Assembly: GCF_000143415.4 (NCBI RefSeq)
Contig: NW_003314296.1
Coordinates: 1-64,000 of the forward strand
From: Selaginella moellendorffii
Lineage: Eukaryota > Plantae > Lycopodiophyta
Direction: 5' to 3'
Length of the DNA stretch: 64,000 bases
This document shows positions 33,665-46,466 of this stretch, piece after piece. The position numbers and the translations under genes are program-made. The first letter of the stretch is position 1. Every line of letters begins with the position of its first letter. Under the pieces are notes generated by a model, which was not told the origin of the DNA, did no database searches, and saw nothing but the letters and a program-made list of their open reading frames with translations.

Positions 33665-36198
33665 ATCTCGGGGTGTTAAAACCAAAGAAGTGCTTTCTAG
33701 AAGTAACTTCCTAGACACGACATTTAATCTTGCCGTAGAATTTCTAGAGTGATTTCCTAGAAACATAGTGAGCTCCTAGTGATCTGTTTGTAAGCCAGCA
33801 AATCCAACTTCAAAGGAAACTTTCAAGAGCAAATTCCTTCCTCTTGCCGATTTTGATTCCCCAGCCTAGTTTCTTGACAAAGGCTTTCCTAAACGACCTG
33901 GTAAAGAGATTAGGCACTTTGAGTCGAACAGAATGAATAAACTTGCGAAAGGAATTCCAGTGAAAACTCCACCCTGGCCTGTATAGAAAGAAAATAGAAA
34001 GAGACATCAAGTCAAAGAGAACGTACTGGATCATCTTGGTTTTCTACGAATGAGATCTAGCCCTAGCAAAATGAAGCAAGGCAGGGCTATAGCAAAGTCG
34101 CCAAGGCAATGTCTGAGCCTACGGCATATCACATTGGAGTGGAGCCTTTTTGTCAACATATGGTGGACTCAAGGATCCATTGATAGTTACTTGGGCGCAG
34201 AGAACAAATTTTATGGAGGTCTGATCTTTTGTATAACAAGGTTACTGCTGTGCAATCGTACGAAGTCCCTTTGCTCCTCAGGATCTACGCATATAAGACC
34301 GTATCACCTGGTGCTTTTGTTGACATGTTCCAATGCATCTCTGCACCGTCACAGCAGGATTAGGGCGTTTAGATGCCAAAGAGATGCTAAGGGCATGCGA
34401 CTGCGAAGGCTTTGAATACAACGAGAAATATGTTTTGATAAGCAACTTTGCTTCATTTTAATTGTTTCTATCTTTGTGATTGTTTTCACATTCATTTTGA
34501 AGGTCCAGGATGAGGAGCCTGATGAGGAGGCCAGAAGCTCAGTTGTGCATTAAATAACATAATCTTAATGTAGTTTTGAACTGTTTCTCAAAGTGATTCC
34601 AAGATGAACTTGACGGACGGATACCAAGTTCTGAACACATAACCGAAACGCACTAGTAGATCCTAAGCTCAATAAGTGACATAAAGAGACCCTCAAGCCC
34701 TGTTTACCGTGGAGTGCAGGAAAGAAAAGGAAGATGGAGCGATTTACCAAGTGCTATTTCTTTGCTTTTGATTACTCTGCTCAATTGTTTCCTCTAGAAT
34801 GTTGGTTCTGCCTGAGTTGAAATGCAGAGAAACATTGCTGCTGGACACTATGATAGAATGTATTGGCAGTCTTTTGTGGACACTTACGGCATCCTTGATG
34901 TGTATGCTGAAGTGTTCTGAACAATGACATCGACTATAACTCATACAAAGGTACTGAGCACTATATGTTCTATGTTTCGCCAACTCGCAGTACGTTTTTT
35001 GTCTGTTTAGAATTGTGCAAAGAGCAAGGCGTGCCTCCTTTGGACGAATCAGTGTTGAATGTACATACGCAAGGTGGCTTCCTTCAGCTGCAGAAATGGC
35101 TGGCCTTGAAACACAAACAGTACCGATGACAAATACTTGGTTGGAGATTTCTTTACGTAGAGGATGAAGTACATGGATTGTCATTGTCTAGTGCGCTGAT
35201 TGAATGTTTCATTGGTATGCTCTTCTTGCTGCTAATGGGATGATTGGTCCTGATTTACGTTGCCTCATAGAGGCGATGCTGCAGATCGTCGTGGCTGACA
35301 AAGTGCTGTCTTGGTCCCCCGAGTGATGCTAGAAAGGTGCTCTCAAAAAGGGAGGAATTTATAAACTTCGCATCCACTGGCTGATCCACTGCAATATATA
35401 AGGTGCAAATGGCTTCTTTTTCCTTGTTTCAAGAACTAAATCAATTAACCATAGAAGTGAAGAAAGCCAGCATTTCATTGCTAAGCACAAGGGAATGTCT
35501 CTCTAACACTTTTAGTTGGCATGCTCAAGGTTCATTCCAAAAACATTATGACGTCCAACAATCAGCACAACCTCATTCATGAAAAAGAAACCCCATGACT
35601 CAATTCATTGTCTTAGGTGCTATGTGATGAGAGTGGTGGCTTAATGCTTTGCCCCTCAGGCGTGGATACAAGAAGATAACGAAATAATAGCAGATCTTTC
35701 TATGCTAGAAGATGAAAGAAAGTGTTTTCATGAAGCACATTTTAACGAGGCAAAGCTTTTTACCATTCAATTTCTCCAGTTTCGTGACTTCTGTGGATCT
35801 TTGAATCCTATATTGCAGTGCTTGCATGGCAGCTTCCCGGTCCTGATACTTGTAGCAAGCTTGGAAATTGTCCTCCTGAGTTCATTGGGAATAAATCATC
35901 TTCGGCTTTGCAGATTTTAACGCGGACAAAATTCCTCGATTGTTAAAGAATATCTTAAAATAAACTTGAATCTTCTCGAATATTCTAAATATATTCTTTA
36001 CTTATGTGACTCAAATAATTTCTTGAAAGAAAAAAAAAATGCGAGAGAGCAAAAGTAAAAAATTTATAGGCACTTACCGTCTGGAGCATGCACCTCTCCT
36101 TCCGGATAACAACGTCGCTCCTCGCTATAAAAGAAAGCCACCTCCCAAACAACCAGGAGCAAAGAGTTCCAGGAAAGCATTTCCTCCTCCTCTAGATC

Positions 36199-37821
36199 AT
36201 GGAGTCGTCTTCTGGATTCGATTGGTGGATCCTCACTCTGCCTTTCTTCCCCCGGCATTTACTCACCGATCATGCATGGCGATTCGCCGCTGCTGCTGTG
36301 GCCGTGCTCGTTCTAGCTGCTGTCTCGGCGATCCTGGCTGCTTGGCTTGTTCCCGGTGGCAATGCATGGGGGAGAACGCTGAGGAAGAAGCAGACCATCC
36401 CGGGGCCGCGAGGATGGCCAGTGCTTGGAGTCTTGACGGAGATGGGAGGCCAAGCCCACCGAAAGCTGGCCAAGCTCGCCGAGAGGTACCACGCCAAAGA
36501 GCTAATGGCCTTCGGCCTGGGGAACACGAGGATGATCATCACCAGCAAGCCGGAAGTGGCACGAGAGCTGCTCAACAGCTCCGAGTTCGCGGACAGGCCT
36601 CTCAAGCAGTCGGCACAGCAGCTCCTGTTTGGACGAGCAATCGGCTTCGCTCCCTATGGAGATTACTGGCGTAACTTGCGGAGGATTGCATCCAACTATC
36701 TGTTTTCTCCACGCCAGATTGCTGCTCACGAACCATCTCGTCAGGCAGAGACAAGCAGGATGATCGAAGCAATGAGTACCTTTGCAGCCAACAACCACGG
36801 GCTTGTCCGAGTCCGGGACTTTCTCCAGCGAGCTTCGCTTAACAACATCATGCAGACGGTGTTCGGCAGGAGCTTCGAGGATGGCTCTGAGGACGCTGCT
36901 CGGCTTTCTGAGATGGTGAGGGAAGGTTTTGAGCTGCTCGGTGCATTCAACTGGGCCGATCACTTGCCAGCTCTCAAAGCAGTCGATCCCCAGAACATCC
37001 TCCAGCGCTGTGACGTTCTGGTTCCCCAAGTGACGAGGTTTGTCCAGAAGATCATCGACGAGCACCGCCAGTTGGTCGATAAGAAAGTTGGCGAAGCCGA
37101 CTTTGTGGATGTGCTGCTCTCCTTGGATGGCGAGGAGAAGCTTGAAGACGCGGACATGATCGCAGTTCTCTGGGTAAGAAGCTTCAAGTCTGCCTCTGTT
37201 TTCTTTTATGACTTACGTGGTGTTTTGCAGGAGATGATTTTCCGAGGCACTGACACGGTTGCACTCCTCACTGAATGGATTCTTGCAGAGCTCGTCCTCC
37301 ATCCTGAAATCCAGAGCAAGTTGCGACATGAGATCACGAGCGTCGTTGGAAAATCCAAAGTTGCCGAGTCTGACCTCCAGAAGATGGTGTACCTCCAGGC
37401 CGTTGTAAAGGAGACTCTTCGGATGCATCCTCCGGGTCCCTTGCTATCTTGGGCTCGGTTGGCGATTCACGACGTAAGCTTGAGTGGCCACCACGTCCCT
37501 GCAGGTACCACGGCCATGGTAAACATGTGGTCCATCACTCACGATCCTTCCATCTGGTCCGAGCCTGAGAAATTCAACCCGGAGAGATTTTTGGAGCAGG
37601 ACGTTGATGTGAAAGGAACCGACTTACGTCTCGCTCCATTCGGAGCTGGTCGACGAGTGTGTCCCGGACGAGCTCTCGGCCTCGCTACTGTTCTTCTCTG
37701 GACGGCTCGGTTGGTTCACAAGTTTGAGTTCCAGGTCGACCCAGCCCATCCCGTTGATCTCACCGAAGTTCTCAAGCTTTCGAGTGAGATGGTAAAGCCT
37801 CTGGTGGTAACAGTGTTATAG
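36199..37821 (+). CDS. CYP78: Cytochrome P450, CYP78 family (paralogue of 8188-9815)
   Basis: Same motifs as the first copy. The 57-nt intron 37174-37230 is at the same position (LW|EM); it is stop-free and so is read through in the ORF track. Confidence 0.92.
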   Translation: MESSSGFDWWILTLPFFPRHLLTDHAWRFAAAAVAVLVLAAVSAILAAWLVPGGNAWGRTLRKKQTIPGPRGWPVLGVLTEMGGQAHRKLAKLAERYHAKELMAFGLGNTRMIITSKPEVARELLNSSEFADRPLKQSAQQLLFGRAIGFAPYGDYWRNLRRIASNYLFSPRQIAAHEPSRQAETSRMIEAMSTFAANNHGLVRVRDFLQRASLNNIMQTVFGRSFEDGSEDAARLSEMVREGFELLGAFNWADHLPALKAVDPQNILQRCDVLVPQVTRFVQKIIDEHRQLVDKKVGEADFVDVLLSLDGEEKLEDADMIAVLWVRSFKSASVFFYDLRGVLQEMIFRGTDTVALLTEWILAELVLHPEIQSKLRHEITSVVGKSKVAESDLQKMVYLQAVVKETLRMHPPGPLLSWARLAIHDVSLSGHHVPAGTTAMVNMWSITHDPSIWSEPEKFNPERFLEQDVDVKGTDLRLAPFGAGRRVCPGRALGLATVLLWTARLVHKFEFQVDPAHPVDLTEVLKLSSEMVKPLVVTVL

Positions 37822-38174
37822 TCTGTGCCTGTAGTTAAGGTCTGTGCCTGTACTTCGACAAATCGAAGCTGGTCAGCTCATAGATAATAAGTCGTTTACC
37901 TTATGCCGATACGTGCACCAGTATCTCGAATGTTATGGTGGCGTCCCATTGCCTCTCGAACATTTGTCTCAATCGCGGATCTCGTTCGTGAGTACATGGG
38001 AAAGATAATAAGACCACATGATATGCTGCTTCGGAGATAGACGAGAAGTTCCGAGCTGTTGAGCCACCAGCACGTCGTGTGTGATGTAATGGCACACGCA
38101 CCATAAAGGAAACACAACCTGATTTGTTCCGAGCGGCGTGGGTGGGGACTTTTCCATCACTGCTTCCCGAGGGT

Positions 38175-40135
38175 TTATGACTTCACAAGCTTTGTCTCGG
38201 CTCTTTCCACTTCAACGTTTCTCAAGCTCAAAATCTTCGCTTGCTCCTCCCACATTCCTGTGCTGCCGTAGATGGCCCCCATAAGCACGTAAGCGGCGCC
38301 ATTACTTCCATCCAGCTCTAGCAGTCTCTCGAAGGCCAGCCTTCCAAGTTCCACATTCTTCCACTTGCGGCAACCAGCTAGAACCGTCCTCCATGTCAAG
38401 GCATCTGGTTTAAAAGGCATGGACTTCACCAACGCCAAGGCTTCCTCGAGCTCGTTGCCCCTCCCAAGGATATCAACCATGCAGTGGTAGTGATCCAAGC
38501 CAGGCCTCACGTTGTATCCCGGGAGCATCGAATGGAAGCACCGTCGGCCTTTGTCGAGAAGACCAACGTGACTGCACGCTGACAGGAGAGCCAGGAAGGT
38601 GATATCGTCGGCTTGGACACCTTCGTCTTGCATCCGGTGAAACAACTCGAACGCTTGCGTGATGTCACCTTGTCGGCTGTATGCTACTATCAAAGAGTTC
38701 CAAGTCGTCAAGTCTGCTCCAGAAGTGAGCGAGTCGAAGAGCTGGCGAGCTGCGAGAACGCAGCCACATTTGCCGTAGAAGTCCACAAGACACGATGGCA
38801 CAATCGCATCCTTCTCCATCCCAAATCTGTAAACATCTCCCTGTATCCTTTTCCCAGCACCGAGTGCCGCTACACTACCACTGGCGACGAGAGCTGCGAG
38901 AAAAGAACGGCCATCCGGTGGAACACCTGTAGCTCTCATGAGTGAGAAACTTTCCAATGCCTGTTCCCCTTCACCGTTCTCAGCATACCCGATCGTCAAT
39001 GCCGTCCATGAGACAACGTTGTGACACGGCATCTTCTCAAAGACACTTTGAGCTTTCACCATGCTTCCACACTTTGAAAAAAGATCGATCAAAGTGTTGG
39101 CGAGAAAAACGTCGGAACTTCTGCTTCTCACGGCCAAAGAATGGATTCCGGCCCCCAGCTCGCAGCACCTGACCTTCACAACTTCGCTGTTGATCTTCTC
39201 CTCGACTGCCAAAGCTATGCAGGCCATTCCTCCAGCCATGAAAGTTCTTGCATTTGGTTCACAGCCTCGACCTTCCATACACCCCAGCAGATCCAAAGTC
39301 AAGCCAGCCTCTCCATTTTCTGTGTATCCCAGCATCAAAGCAGTCCACGAAACCACTGTGTGATCCGACATCCTATCGAAGACACGTCGCGCATCAGCCA
39401 TGCTCCCACTCTTCGCGTACATATCGATCAAGGCATTGGAAACGAACTGGTTGGCAAAGTCACAGCCTTGTCTTCTCGCTTGAGCGTGCAAATCCATCCC
39501 TTTCTCTAGCCATCTAGTTCTCCCCTTGGCACCATCTTCTCTGGAGGCTAGCTCGCTGCAAGCCGTGATCGCGGCCACGAAAGTCCTGGAATTTGGAACA
39601 CCACAGCACTGTAAGCTCGAGAACAGCTCCAGAGCTACTTCACTCTCACCATTATCCACGTATCCCGCGATGAGAGCGTTCCACACAGCTACATCCTTGT
39701 GAAGCATCCCATCGAAGATCTGGCGAGCCTCACGCATTGAGCTGCTGCATTTACCATACATGACGATCAGCGCGGTAGAAACGAACTTGTTTGAATCTAT
39801 TCCAGCCTCCCTTGCGGCAAGATGGAGCTGCTTACCTCGCTCGAGATCGCCAGAGCTGCCGCAGGCCTTCAAACCGGCTATGCAGTCCTTGATTGTGATC
39901 GATCCCTCGAAATCTAGGCGCTGGAACACGAAGAATCTCAAAATCTTTGAAGAACAAGCAAAGAAAATCACTCACATTTCCCTGCACTACCGTGCCGTGG
40001 ATGGCCTCGCACAAGAATCGCCGTGTCTGCGATGGAAGAACAATCCAGGATCTTGAAAACATCCCCAGAACCTCCTGGAAATCCAGACGCCGTGTGATCG
40101 CGAGGGATTCCAAGGAGCTGGAGCTCTTCCTCCAT
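38175..40135 (-). CDS. PLS-class PPR protein with E domain, no DYW
   Basis: ORF 38175-39971 has PLS repeats, DHYHCMVDILGRG and TWRTVLAGC..AAYVLMGAIY. A probable upstream exon starts at ATG ~40135 and is joined by an intron at about 39974-39921 (gtgagt...ttccag). Confidence 0.88.
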
Positions 40136-40144
40136 AAACCCTAA
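40136..40144 (+). promoter_or_regulatory. Telo-box (AAACCCTAA) in the head-to-head PPR/PPR intergenic spacer
   Basis: Exact aaaccctaa between divergent starts at about 40135 (-) and 40235 (+). Confidence 0.5.
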
Positions 40145-40234
40145 ATTTTGAGCTAGGGCGGGAGCAATGGTAGAGCTAGGGCATGGAAGCAATGCCGCTA
40201 GAGGGATGGATCGATCACCAATGAGGGCAAACCG

Positions 40235-43086
40235 ATGCTATCGCAGCTCCAGCAAGCAAGAACAGGTGCGTTGTCCATCGATCGATCGACTCACAGCTCT
40301 CGCATTGTGTTCTAGGCTATCATCTCCTCTCTCACATCTCCATCCATCGCGCTCTCGGCAGCTCCGGCAGCCTAGATTCATGGCTCAAGCGGCGATTAAA
40401 ATGGCTAGACGAAGATCCACAGCAGCGGCAAGGCGATACCAGGATCTACGCCGATCTCCTCGACGTTGTCGCGGATTCCAGGTCTCTAGATCTCGGCAAG
40501 GAGGTCCACGCACGGATTTGCAAGAGCGCCATGGACAGGGGGCCGTTCATGGGCGACTTGCTAGTGAGGATGTATGTGGATTGCGGCAGCTTGATCGATG
40601 CCAAGGCGTGCTTCGATCGAATGCCCGTCCAGGACGCGCTCACCTGGGCGAGATTGATTCGCGCTCACGGACAGATCGGTGATAGCGAGCAAGCGCTCCA
40701 TCTCTTCCGATCGATGCAGCTGGAAGGGGTGGCTCCGGTTAACAGGAACTTTGTGGCTGTTCTTGGCGCTTGCTCGGCTGATCCAGAGCTTCTCGAGGAA
40801 GGAAGAAGGATTCACGGGGTCTTGCGAGGAACAGCGATGGAGAGCGATCACTACGTGAGCACTACGTTGCTCCACATGTATGGGAAGTGTAGCAGCGTGG
40901 AGGATGCCAGGAAAGTTTTCGATGGGATTCGCCACAAGAGGGTGGTAGAGTGGAATGCGATGATCACTGCCTACGCGCAGCAAGATCATCACGAGCAGGC
41001 AATCCAGGTGTTCTACGCGATGCTGCTGGAAGGGGTCAAGGCCGAGAGAATCACCTTCATTGGAGTGCTTGATGCTTGCTCCAAGCTCAAGGATCTCGAG
41101 GTGGCAAAGCTCGTCAAGCTTTGCGTCGAGGAGAGAGAACATGATCATCTACACGACTCTAGTTTCGCCACTGCTCTCGTCAACTTTTATGGAAGCTGTG
41201 GAGATCTAGAGCAAGCTTTCCGAGCTTTCTCGAGGCACCGGCTAGAGCTGATACTGGCGACTGCGATGATCACGCAGTATACCCAGCGCGAGCGCTGGGA
41301 CGAGGCTCTCGAGCTCTTCAAGGTGATGCTGCTCGAGGGCGTGAAGCTGGACAGGATCGCGTGTATGGCGGTGCTCAACGCTTGCTCCGGGCCGAGAGGA
41401 TTGGAAGAGGGGAGGATAATTCACGGCTTCATGCGAGAGATCCGGTTTGACAGGCACGTCAACGCAGGAAACGCTCTCATCAACATGTATGGAAAGTGTG
41501 GAAGCCTGGAAGAAGCTGTGGAGGTTTTCCGCTCCATGCAGCATAGGGACGTGATCTCGTGGAACACCATCATCGCAGCTCACGGCCAGCACTCGCAGCA
41601 TCCGGAGGCTCTCCACCTGCTCCATCTGATGCAGCTCGACGGCGTAAAGGCGGACAAGATCAGCTTCGTCAATGCTCTCCCGTTGTGTGCTACCTCGGAG
41701 GCTCTAGCAAAAGGGAGGATGATCCACTCGTGGATCGTCGAGAGCGGTATCAAAGCCGACGTGATGCTGGACAACGCCATCCTCGACATGTACGGGAGCT
41801 GCAAGAGCACCGACGACGCGTCCCGGGTGTTCCGAGCCATGAAAGTTCGAGACCAGGTGTCCTGGAACGCGATGATCACAGCTTACGCCGCTCAGCCTCG
41901 GCTCTCCTCCGAGGCACTGCTGCTCTTTCAGCAAATGCAGCTCCACGGGTTCATGCCGGATGTAATCTCCTTCGTCGCTGCTCTCTCGGCTTGCGCAGCA
42001 CAGGCCTCACTCGCCGAAGGAAAGCTACTCCACGATCGCATACGAGAAACCGGGCTGGAGAGCAACATGACAGTGGCCAACGCGGTTCTAAACATGTACG
42101 CAAAGTCGGGGACTCTGGTACTCGCGAGAAAGATGTTCGGGAAAATGCCACTGCCGGACGTGATCTCCTGGAACGGGATGATATCGGCCTTCGCTCAGCA
42201 CGGCCACGCGGACCAAGTTCTTCGATTCTTTCGGCGGATGAACCACGAAGGCAAGCTTCCCAACGACGTGACTTTCGTCAGTGTCGTCTCGGCTTGCAGC
42301 CACGGTGGCCTCGTCAAAGACGGCGTCCAGCTCTTCGTGTCTCTCCTCCACGACTTCCCGACGATCTCCCCGCGAGCCGAGCACTACTACTGCATGGTGG
42401 ACCTCATAGCCAGAGCCGGGAAGCTCGATGCTGCCGAGAAGTTTATAGCCGCGGCGCCTCTCAAGCCCGACCGGGTGATCCACTCCACGATGCTCGGAGC
42501 CTCCAAAGTTCACAAGGACGTGGAGCGAGCGAGAAAGTCCGCCGAGCACTTGATGGAGCTCACGCCGGATCGCTCCGCCGCGTACGTGGTGCTGTCGAAT
42601 CTCTACGACGAAGTCGGGAAGAAGGACGAGGGGGCCAAGATCCGGAGGCTCATGTACGAGAAGAACATCAGGAAGGAGCCGGCTTTCAGCTCCATCGCGG
42701 TGAAGCGAAGAGTCCACGAGTTCTTCACGGGAGACACGACGAATGCTCGAACTCCGGAGATCTTGGAGGAGCTGGAGAGGCTGAGCTTGGAGATGGCCAA
42801 GGCGGGATACACTCCAGACACCACTCTCATGCTTCACGACGTCGGGGACGAGCAAAAGAAGCGCTTGCTCTCGTATCACAGCGAGAAGCTGGCGATTGCG
42901 TTTGGGTTGATCAGCACGGCCCCGGGAACTTCGCTGAGGATCATCAAGAACCTGCGCGTGTGTGGGGACTGTCACACTGCCACCAAGTTTATCTCCAAGA
43001 TCACGGGAAGAGAGATTGTGGTGAGAGACAGCCATCGCTTCCATCACTTTGACAATGGGACGTGCTCTTGTGGAGACTATTGGTAA
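40235..43086 (+). CDS. PLS-E-E+-DYW PPR protein (organellar C-to-U RNA editing factor)
   Basis: PLS repeats, PAFSSIAV (PG-box variant), [38 protein letters not shown] 40235 plus intron 40266-40315 joins in frame to the 40531 ORF. Confidence 0.95.
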
Positions 43087-43214
43087 TTCGGTTAAATTTT
43101 ATTTAATTTATTTTTAAAATAAGGAACAAAGCAAAAAGGTGGTTATTAACACAAAGGGTAGTTTAGTTTTCTATAAATCCATGAAGGTAAAGGTTTCTAT
43201 CAGAAGGAAAAACG

Positions 43215-43550
43215 ATGGGTTCTCACTCGAGTTCTTCAATCAATCATCCATCACCAAATTCCTTAAAGCCGACTTGGTGTAACAAAAAGAAGCGTTCTCC
43301 ACGTCCCCGTTCTTCAAAGAGTTTAACTTGGTCGACCAAGAGGAAGTGTTCTCCACCCAAGAGGATCGCCCTGTATCCTCCAACGTTGTGCTCTCTTATG
43401 GATCTGGAAGGATCCCAGATGGATCACGCAAGTTTCTTTGAACTTGGAGAACCCAGAAAGGTGGACAACGAATTCGTGATGAATCAAGAACTACTTGAAG
43501 AGTTAAGATTGGACAAGGTCGACTTGGAGGAACTTCTCAAAGATCTATGA
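43215..43550 (+). CDS. Hypothetical small protein with basic N-terminus and acidic C-terminus
   Basis: 111-aa ORF with KKKRSPRPR and TKRKCSPPK; tataaat at about 43172; aataaa downstream. Confidence 0.4.
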   Translation: MGSHSSSSINHPSPNSLKPTWCNKKKRSPRPRSSKSLTWSTKRKCSPPKRIALYPPTLCSLMDLEGSQMDHASFFELGEPRKVDNEFVMNQELLEELRLDKVDLEELLKDL

Positions 43551-43731
43551 AAATTCACACACTTCCTTGGATTATAGTAATAAAATAAATTTCTTTGTTC
43601 CAAGACATCCCATCTCTCATTTTTGCAAGAGATTTGAACAAATAAACATTTTAACGATTTAATTTGATTAAAACATCCCTGGATATCCTTTAGGGTCACA
43701 GTCAGTTGAAAGTAACTGTCGTCCGGGCAAA

Positions 43732-45100
43732 ATGATTGGCAAATTCCTGCCACTGCTGCTGCTGCTTTTGATCGATTGCTTTAGTGCGTCAGCTGTGAGT
43801 TCACAGAAGGATCAAGTGGTTCATCACGGCCACCATGATCTACAGCACCATCGAAAGCACTCAAAACATCCCAAGCATCCACACTCGATCATCAACAACA
43901 CGAGCCGGGATTTCCAAGAGCTCTGGAGAGCCTATCAAATTTTCCTGAACCGGCTCTCGAGATCACTCGCAAAAGATGACAACGATGGACTTCCCTGGTG
44001 GTATAACATCATCCCACACTTTCCATGGCCCTCCTTTCCATTTCCGTGGCCTCCAATGCTACCACCACCGCCACCGCCACTGCCGCCTTTGTGCCCGCCA
44101 CCACCGCTGCCAGTAAACTTCACCTCCAGCGATGTCGATCGAATCAACCTTGCTCTCAACATTCACTATCTCCAAGCCGAGTTCTTCCTCCATGCAGCGT
44201 TTGGACACGGGCTTGACAAAGTTAATGCAAAGCTTGCGAAGAAGGGGCCACCGCCTGTTGGAGGCCGCAAAGCTCAACTCTCTACACGAATGGAGCATGT
44301 TGCCAAAGAACTTGGGCTCCAATCTACAGGTCATATCAGGTAATTAACATTTCTTTCTCTCAAGTCTTTTTTTTCTAAAGCTGTTTCCCACACAGGGCAA
44401 TCCACGATAAGCTGGACAAACAATCGATTTGCCGGCCATTGCTAAACATCAGTGTTGGAGTGTGGGATTCCCTCATCAGCAAGGCTCTCATCCACAATCA
44501 CACCGAAGTTGATGGTGGTGGTTCTTTGCACTTTGATCCGTACGAAAACGACGCAAACTTTCTCATTGCTGCATATGTGATACCGTACATTGGCCTCAAC
44601 ACGCTCGTAGATTCTAGCAATCGAGTCACTGGCATTCAAGCACGAAAGGTAACAAAGAACTAAAAGTCTTAATGAAGATTTTCAAGAGATTTTTTGTTTC
44701 TTCAAAACAGTTGGTGTCCGGATTGATGGGAGTCCAAGCCGGCCAGGACGCAGTGATCCGGACATTGCTCTTCGAGATCATGGAAAACAAGCTGCCTCCG
44801 TACAACGTCACAGTCGCAAAGTTGACAAACCTCGTCTCGGATCTCCGGCACAAGCTTGATCACACAAGAAAGGCCGACGAGGGCTTGAGTGTGCATCAAA
44901 ACCGTGGAGCCGAGAAGCAAGTAAACGGGAATTTGATCTCCGCGAATGACTACTCCATGGCCATCTCGAGATCGCCCCAGCAAATTCTCCAAGTTTTGTA
45001 CGGAACAGGGGACGCTTCGGTACCGGGATTGTTCTTCCCCAAGGGGGCTAACGGGAAGATCGCTGGCATCTTTCTCAAACCCAGGCGGCCCAAACTTTAG
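43732..45100 (+). CDS. Desiccation-related PCC13-62-like ferritin-like domain protein, secreted, with His- and Pro-rich extension
   Basis: Signal peptide; DVDRINLALNIHYLQAEFFLHAAFGHGLD...GPPPVGGRKAQL; FDPYENDANFLIAAYVIPYIGL; GLMGVQAGQDAVIRTLL; PGLFFPKGANGKIA. Exons 43732-44339, 44396-44648, 44711-45100. Confidence 0.9.
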
Positions 45101-45876
45101 TGTGAAGGACCTTTTGCCTTTCCAGAAGTTCTAGCAAATGAGATTCCAAACTTAGGATCAGCCGAGGAAACCTTCTTGTAGAAACAAACGGTGTCTCCTT
45201 CCTTGAGCGAGTGCTCCCTCACGTAATGAATCCAGTGTGTTGTGATCAGGCTCCCAGTTTTCCCTTTCTTGCACCGGAGCTCCCAAACTCCGCCCTCTTC
45301 GTCCACAAATTCCACGAGAACCTTTTCATTCGGGAGCATCGACTCGTACTTGACCGGGATGAGCAATCTGTGCAGGCTATTCACGTCGCTGGCGGTCAGC
45401 TTCTTGCCAAATAATAAAGCCCAACGAGATGGATCGCAGGTGACGAGAGGATCCTCGCGTTTCCGGGGTCTCCACTTGTGACACTTCGATTTCTTGGTGT
45501 CTCCCGCTGCCTGAATCGCGCCATCTTCAACAGAGGAGGAGGAATCTTTCACCTCATCAGTCCTTGAACAGAAATCTCGATCGCCCATCTTAAGTATCTT
45601 TACCTTTTGTCCCAGTCCTTGACTTTCGTCCATGACCACCACCTTTCTTCTTTTCTTCTCTTGTAGCTGCCCAGCTTCCTGGTTAATCACTTGTCTTTTG
45701 CCGTTGGAATCGGGCTCGCTGGTGCTCATATCCCCCGTGAACCAAAGTAGAGCCCTCCAGAGCATGGATTTCCGTGGAGACCGCTTCCTTCTCAGGATAA
45801 ATGTCTTCGGGAAACTTGGCTGCAAGGCTGCAGCGTCCGCAAGAACCAACAGTCCGGAAAAATCTTTGCTTGCCAT
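45097..45876 (-). CDS. B3 DNA-binding domain protein, intronless
   Basis: LLFGKKLTASDVNSLHRLLIP...FVDEEGGVWEL...THWIHYVREHSLKEGDTVCFYK is a RAV/ABI3-type B3 core. Basic NLS-like stretches. Confidence 0.88.
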   Translation of the reverse strand: MASKDFSGLLVLADAAALQPSFPKTFILRRKRSPRKSMLWRALLWFTGDMSTSEPDSNGKRQVINQEAGQLQEKKRRKVVVMDESQGLGQKVKILKMGDRDFCSRTDEVKDSSSSVEDGAIQAAGDTKKSKCHKWRPRKREDPLVTCDPSRWALLFGKKLTASDVNSLHRLLIPVKYESMLPNEKVLVEFVDEEGGVWELRCKKGKTGSLITTHWIHYVREHSLKEGDTVCFYKKVSSADPKFGISFARTSGKAKGPSH

Positions 45877-46466
45877 CTCACAACTAGTGAAAAAAACCCT
45901 TTGCTTTAATCCAAACCTATATTGCCTTTAAAATAGAAGTTAAGCAAAAGGGGGTTAAAAATCTTGGCGACGCCTACGTGGCAAAAGGTTTTGATTTGAA
46001 ATCCCTAACAATCTCCCGGGTTTTTGCCGCTCTTCAAATTTGGTTCGCGGTTCGTCGATTGATCGTTCGATCGGAGGAAAGATTGTTTGCCAGTGAACTA
46101 CTAGTGATCGCGATGAGGAGCGCAATGGGCCTTTTGGGCCAATTGATGAGATGCCGGTCCTCCCCAGCGACCAGCGCGAATGCTGTGATGATCTTGGCAT
46201 CATCGGCGCCACCGCCGTTCCAATTGAGCAGCTTCAATCCTCTCAGCACTGCCGCCGCTGCCGCCACCGCCGCCTCTAGCCCGGGAGTGGCATCGATTTG
46301 TAGAGATTTCAGGAAGCTCTTGCTCAATCGCCCATATGTAAACGAGTCTCTCTCCTTTCTCTTCGATCTTTCGCATTTAGATGAGCAACATGGATTTAAG
46401 TTTCTCGAATGGGCGATGTCCAATCGATTTAACTGTCTTGGATTTCGATGGTGGTGATGCACAAAC

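Noticed and set aside
33700-35920. Several short ORFs and splice-like signals
   Set aside because: No coherent gene model or family could be supported.
41559-43052. 497-aa alternative-frame ORF and 319-aa antisense ORF within the PPR-DYW gene
   Set aside because: Arg/Gly-rich off-frame products of high GC3 codon bias.
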